Shown: positions 61,201-64,000 of the stretch, piece by piece
Layout of the letters: every line of letters begins with the position of its first letter
How positions within the stretch are numbered: position 1 is the stretch's first letter
DNA from: Candidatus Eiseniibacteriota bacterium
Lineage (GTDB): Bacteria; Eisenbacteria; RBG-16-71-46; CAZEPH01
Assembly: GCA_044229145.1 (NCBI GenBank)
Contig: JBGATO010000011.1
Location: forward strand, 3,162 to 67,161
Length of the DNA: 64,000 nt
Direction: 5' to 3'
The notes under the pieces: generated by a model
What the model was told of the DNA's origin: nothing
Database searches by the model: none
Seen by the model: only the letters and a program-made list of their open reading frames with translations
Translations under genes and position numbers: made by a program

Positions 61201-64000
61201 GGCAAATCGATCGTCAACACCAGTGCCTATCTGCACGTGGCGGAGTTCGAAGCGTTCACGGTGGCCGCGGGCGCGAGTCTGAGGGCATACGAGTTGACGC
61301 TCGACGCCACATTCCCCGACACCGTGGACGGCACTCTGACGCTCGACCAAGGAATCCTCAAGGCAAACTCCACGCTGCACGTGAATGGAACCTATACGGC
61401 AATTGCCGGCGCGGTCCAGGGATTGCCCTTGCAGTATGGCCCCAACGGGACGCTGGAGATCCAGCTCAGCGGCGGCACGATCGACGACACGAGCCTGCTG
61501 TGGCCGGCCAGCGGCGGCCCGGCCAACGTGACCATCGCTGCCAGTACACAAGTGAACTCGCCCCGCACCGTGCCTGGCGTCCTGCAAATCTCGGCGAATT
61601 TCGATGCCGGGAAGCTCACCGTGCCGGGTATCACGCAGATCAACCCGGGCGGCAGCGCCACCAACGCCCCGACCTATACGAGCACCTCCACGCTGATCTA
61701 TCTCAGAGGGATATCGAATGGCGCGGAATGGGGCAGTGGCTCGACGATCGGGAAGGGCGTGCCGAACAACGTGATCGTCCAGGCAGGTAACGGCACCGTG
61801 AGCCTTCCGCAGACCGATCACACCTGCGGCGGCGATCTGACCTTGATCTCGGGGACGCTGCGATTGAATGGCTCCCCGGCCAAGACTCTGTTCGCCAAAG
61901 GCAACTGGACCGCAGCCGGCGGAGTGTTTGACGCCAACGGCCAGAAGGTCGCCTTCACGGGCGCCGCGCGTCAATCGCTCGTCGGCCCGACTTCATTTTA
62001 CGACCTGCAACTCAACAACGCCTCCGGTCTGGCGATCGCCGATGACATCACGATCACCAAATCGCTGACCCTCACGAGCGGCGCGCTGGTTACCGGCGAC
62101 GACAAAGTCGTTCTCGACTCCACCGCGACCGTGTCGCGCACCGGCGGCCAGGTGGCCGGCACGATGGCCAAGCGGCTCAAGACGAGCGCCGGCACGACAT
62201 CGTGGACGTTCGCGATCGGTGACTCGCTGCGCTACGCGCCGGTGACGGTCGACTTCCCTTCGGGCATCACCGCTCCCGGCACCCTCACGGCCACGACCAT
62301 GCCGGGCGACCACCCGTCGCTCGGTGGTTCGCGCCTGATCGCCGACAAGACCGCGAACCGGTATTGGTCGGTGAGTAACGCCGGCCTCGGTTTCCCGACC
62401 TACAACGCGACCTTCACCTTCGATCCTGCCGACCTTGACGCCGGCGCCAACACCGCCAACTTCAAGGTCGCGAAATTCGACGCGCCCGCGACCTGGACCT
62501 TGCCCGTGGTGGGCTCGCGCACCGCGACCAGCACGCAGGCCACCGGCATGACCTCGTTCAGCGATTTCGAAGCCGGCGAGGTGCCGTCGCACACGATCAC
62601 CGCGAGCACCAACGGCGGCGGCACCATCACACCCAAAGGCGCCGTCTCCGTGTTGGACGGCGACTCGAAAACCTTCACCTTGGCGCCTTCTGGTGGACAC
62701 CACCTCGCCGATGTGGCGGTCGACGGCGCGAGCGTCGGCGCGACGACCAGCTACACCTTCGTGAACGTCACATCCGACCACAGTATCAGCGCGACGTTCG
62801 ACGCGACGAATTACCGCAGCCTCGCCAGCGGCGTGTGGAGCAGTGCGAGCACGTGGGAGCAGTTCGACGGGACGACATGGAGCCCGGCGATCACGCCTCC
62901 CGACAGCTCCGTGGGGACGATCGTCATTCGCAGCCCGCACGTGGTGACCAACACAACCTCGATCTACGTCGACCAGGTGACCATCGACGCCGGAGCGCAG
63001 GTGACCACGACGAGCGGATTCTTGGTGGTGGATGGTCCCGGCACCGACCTCGTAGTCGATGGCACGCTCCTGAATCAGTGGAATGTGACGCCTCAAGGCA
63101 CCGCTACCTGTGCGGTCCACGACGGCGCCTCGGTGATCATCAACACCAATGCCGGATCGAGTTCCTTCCTCAACGCCACGACGTTGTCGGCGGGAAGCAC
63201 GTTCATCTATCGCGGGTCGATCTCCGCCAGTTCGGGCCCCGAGCTCAGCAACCGCACGTATGGGAACCTGATCCTCGAATGGCCGGACGGGTACGGGACG
63301 TGGTTCGTCACCGGGGCAGGGCCTCTGACCGTGGCGGGCGACTTCACCATCTCGCCGAACGTCACCCTCAGCACGTCACAGACCGGCGTGATGACTTTCG
63401 CGGGAAACATGACTCTCAACGGCACGCTGACCAACGGCACGGGGACGCAGATCTACAAGTTCACCGGGGCCGGCAAGACGATCGGTGGCAGTGTCGCGGC
63501 GAACTTCGAGCGCTTTCTGGTGCCCAGTGGCGCCAGCATCACCATTGCCACCCCGACGACCCTGGCGTCCTCTTTCGCCGACACGATCGACGGGACGCTC
63601 GGCGTCAGCGGCGTGGCCCTCACCTCCAACGGTTCGCTGACGGTCAACGGAACGTTCCGGCTCGAGCAAGGCGCAACGGTCAGCGGGAGCGCGTTCACCT
63701 ACGGTCCCGCGAGCACGCTGCTGTTCGCGAATGCCTCCGGCGCCTTCGCGGTGACGTCGGCCTCGCCGTTCTGGCCGAGCGTGTCGGGACCCCCGAACGT
63801 GAACGTGGCGGGCGCGGGGGGCATCAACCTCGGCGCGGCGCGCACGGTGAGCGGACTGTGTCAGGTCGCGGCGCCGGTGAGCACGGCGAACAACCTGACG
63901 AGTACTGGCACCGTGCAGCTCAACGCCGGGGCGACCTTCGACGCCGCGCCGACGTACGCCGGCACCGCCACCTTGCTCTACAATGCCGGGTTGCCCGTCG
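55255..64000 (+). CDS. Giant secreted beta-helix/adhesin-like repeat protein (>2900 aa; 3' end lies outside the window)
   Basis: Absent from the ORF track because it has no stop in the window. GAGGAG RBS; MRPTHSLRGLPVPPGLLGVLLLVLGLSPRAFA signal peptide, then DYRSLNTGNWNSPGTW. The same frame gives G/T/V-rich repeats wherever I spot-checked, up to the window end; includes InlB-B-like repeats (ITATA...GTISP.G). Confidence 0.88.
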   Translation, partial: MRPTHSLRGLPVPPGLLGVLLLVLGLSPRAFAASAGDYRSLNTGNWNSPGTWQTYDGSSWVAATSTPTSADGVITIRNNDNVTISAAGLTVDQVTVNGGGTLTVASGITWTLADGAGTDLTIAGLMVNAGGTWSFGTNATWQVDDGGTYVHNTTAAVGTLLDRATLAAASTFIYRGSSTITPPVSLGNRTYGNLTFESTAGSWSFAPNASSPVTALGTFSLGANVTMNSQITGLVTIGGSFTNNGTLNNQAGTQAFLFTGPAATIGGTSATTFEQVRIASGAVVTVASAVTFDATAADTIDGTLGVTNATLTVSAPSVVVTGTFRLGDGGVYSGTALNYDGSASTLEFANTAGAYAVSGKTYWPTSNSSRPRNVNVSGTGGIALDATARTVPEVFQTAGPVTNASKLSVNGTAQVNAGGSFDAAPTFGNNSTLLYNATVSVGPEWSAGTVAGVGVPQNVIVQAGTVTLPTSSRTCPGDVSIAGGTLKMNATAGADLTVGGNWTLTSGGFTPNGRTVLFSGAAPQTLSGATTFNGFTVSSGADVVVTAPVTLAAGFTATVDGALELGAALTASSTLRVNGSLQLNAGGSIDTAPLYGASAALRYNTTINVGVEWGAGTVPGAGVPKTVSVLSGTVSMPAGDRTCPGDFTLSGGEFALSTSNGRDLSVGGNWTLTGGIFSPNGRTVFFNGTTPQTLSGTTFFGGLVIASGANLTILSIAGADTGPTVDGTLQLGATFTSSQNGQVNGTLQLNAGGHFYASGNHTVLYGPASLLVYTASLTPSDEWWAASTPQAVVVQSGTITLSAGGSYSIAGDLTLSGGNLTSSLASSQRVKLSLGGDWALSGGSFTPTGVNVDFNGTSPQLLAGATSFETFSIASGANVSFTSPVTIVAGTTDTSSVASGGTLQLSAALTTGGAPLAVNGALQWNAGASLDAAPRYGSTSELRYNTTRTVGTEWGAGAAVGVGVPGAVTVLSGTITMPSADRTCGGDLTLSGGTLALGTGNGNDLSVGGNWTRNGGTFTPNSRTVFFNGKTVQTLTGATTFSSITVSSGADLSLTSAVTLTSGATVNGTLELGAALTVSSTLLVPGTLQYNAGGSVSVVPTFSGSATLVYNTTQAVGPEWGSGSVVGSGVPKNVTVAAGGIVTMPTTARTCGGNLTIDGGTLTLSTTAGADLTVGGNWLHSSGTFTHNSRMVTFNGTGTQTVTGPTTETFSVLGVNKPSGALTLGSNVTVTKASGDAIVLSNAGTVDLGGFTLLLKGVYANIDVIGGVRTIGGTGTLLGGGGAAPWGVVASSGGSLTTGPGVTITANLFDPGPGLTTIQGTLSMGTGDGQSGVWNNAPIFTAGSTLQYVGQGFRDIEWSATSGAGYPANVRISRSLDVGFNGKSNVPLQCAGDLTVDADHALNLDKTDMTQPLVVGGNLFLNGILSLSDLAGGDFTLRGDWNQSATGTFTPKGRTVSLLGTSPQAIGGVTAFDGLTLDNAGGAVFANDVTVNKTLTLTAGVLTAGTHAVIVGSAGSVARTAGYVNGLLRKSVPTSSGVLSRTFEIGDADRYAPLTLAFSKVTVAGTVTAASLRDDHPNLGSSTLQPTKTANRHWTVANSGVVFPTYDATVTFDPADVDAGADPSVFHLEAFTPPSTWSPPAAGTRTATSTQGVGFTQLGDLATGEATWAITATASTNGTISPPGVTVVPQGGSQTYSFTPDPGYHVSGIYVDGVQVVGYLGIASYTLTNVSADHTVTATFTAGQLAYRSVASGNWDLPSTWESSGDGTTWKPAIAPPDAGDEAIQVRAPHAVTIATSTIADQLTVESGAQLTIGAGVVLTIANGDGTDLTVAGTLANSGALIFAAPAARPSARPAVSGTNWMLAAGGIYIHNTTDAVSPVLDAGTISTASTVTYRGSSTLTPPVSTDGRTYGSLTFESSDGGAWLASAGGAGDLTIAGDFVLGPGVTFSTSQTGTMTFAGNFTFDEAMVLGAGTQRCVFTGVGKSIVNTSAYLHVAEFEAFTVAAGASLRAYELTLDATFPDTVDGTLTLDQGILKANSTLHVNGTYTAIAGAVQGLPLQYGPNGTLEIQLSGGTIDDTSLLWPASGGPANVTIAASTQVNSPRTVPGVLQISANFDAGKLTVPGITQINPGGSATNAPTYTSTSTLIYLRGISNGAEWGSGSTIGKGVPNNVIVQAGNGTVSLPQTDHTCGGDLTLISGTLRLNGSPAKTLFAKGNWTAAGGVFDANGQKVAFTGAARQSLVGPTSFYDLQLNNASGLAIADDITITKSLTLTSGALVTGDDKVVLDSTATVSRTGGQVAGTMAKRLKTSAGTTSWTFAIGDSLRYAPVTVDFPSGITAPGTLTATTMPGDHPSLGGSRLIADKTANRYWSVSNAGLGFPTYNATFTFDPADLDAGANTANFKVAKFDAPATWTLPVVGSRTATSTQATGMTSFSDFEAGEVPSHTITASTNGGGTITPKGAVSVLDGDSKTFTLAPSGGHHLADVAVDGASVGATTSYTFVNVTSDHSISATFDATNYRSLASGVWSSASTWEQFDGTTWSPAITPPDSSVGTIVIRSPHVVTNTTSIYVDQVTIDAGAQVTTTSGFLVVDGPGTDLVVDGTLLNQWNVTPQGTATCAVHDGASVIINTNAGSSSFLNATTLSAGSTFIYRGSISASSGPELSNRTYGNLILEWPDGYGTWFVTGAGPLTVAGDFTISPNVTLSTSQTGVMTFAGNMTLNGTLTNGTGTQIYKFTGAGKTIGGSVAANFERFLVPSGASITIATPTTLASSFADTIDGTLGVSGVALTSNGSLTVNGTFRLEQGATVSGSAFTYGPASTLLFANASGAFAVTSASPFWPSVSGPPNVNVAGAGGINLGAARTVSGLCQVAAPVSTANNLTSTGTVQLNAGATFDAAPTYAGTATLLYNAGLPV
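56450..58900 (+). repeat. Five diverged tandem coding repeats of about 500 bp (about 170 aa); boundaries approximate
   Basis: EW anchor codons at 56584, 57088, 57598, 58111 and 58609 (spacings 504, 510, 513, 498 bp); most are followed by RTC.GD and VGGNW motifs. Confidence 0.85.

Noticed and set aside
55105-63698. Many minus-strand and off-frame ORFs over the giant gene
   Set aside because: Explained by the single plus-strand frame starting at 55255.

Overview
High-GC (roughly 70% by eye) bacterial chromosomal window with no rRNA, tRNA, CRISPR array, transposase or phage genes that I can see. Five secreted proteins end in FlgD-Ig/T9SS-like C-terminal domains and one ends in a 'SWGKVKTLYR' tail, which suggests a diderm related to the FCB group, such as Ca. 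Eisenbacteria (inference). Left to right: a GH94 phosphorylase truncated by the window edge; a secreted FlgD-tailed protein; an ABC pair; a VOC protein; a CPA2 antiporter; a LOG-GH31-Zn-ribbon operon; a complete group 3b [NiFe] hydrogenase operon (hypA, hypB, beta, cNMP-domain protein, gamma, delta, alpha, a maturation protease fused to HypF, hypCDE); a rhodanese/MauE pair; a DEGS1-like sphingolipid desaturase; a hybrid HisKA_3 kinase with a NarL regulator; pgi; a cadherin/Ig-repeat surface protein; a tightly coupled DUF1611-like P-loop / ABC exporter / 7-repeat secreted protein / outer-membrane barrel operon; SulP; a BlaI-M56 pair with its operator; fluC; further secreted proteins; and a giant (>2900 aa) nested-repeat surface protein that runs off the right edge. 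The best candidates for undescribed biology are the DUF1611-exporter operon, the protease-HypF fusion, the SWG-type C-terminal sorting signal, the bacterial DEGS1 homologue, and an apparent nested lipoprotein start inside the M56 sensor. All family calls come from motif recognition by eye; no searches were run.
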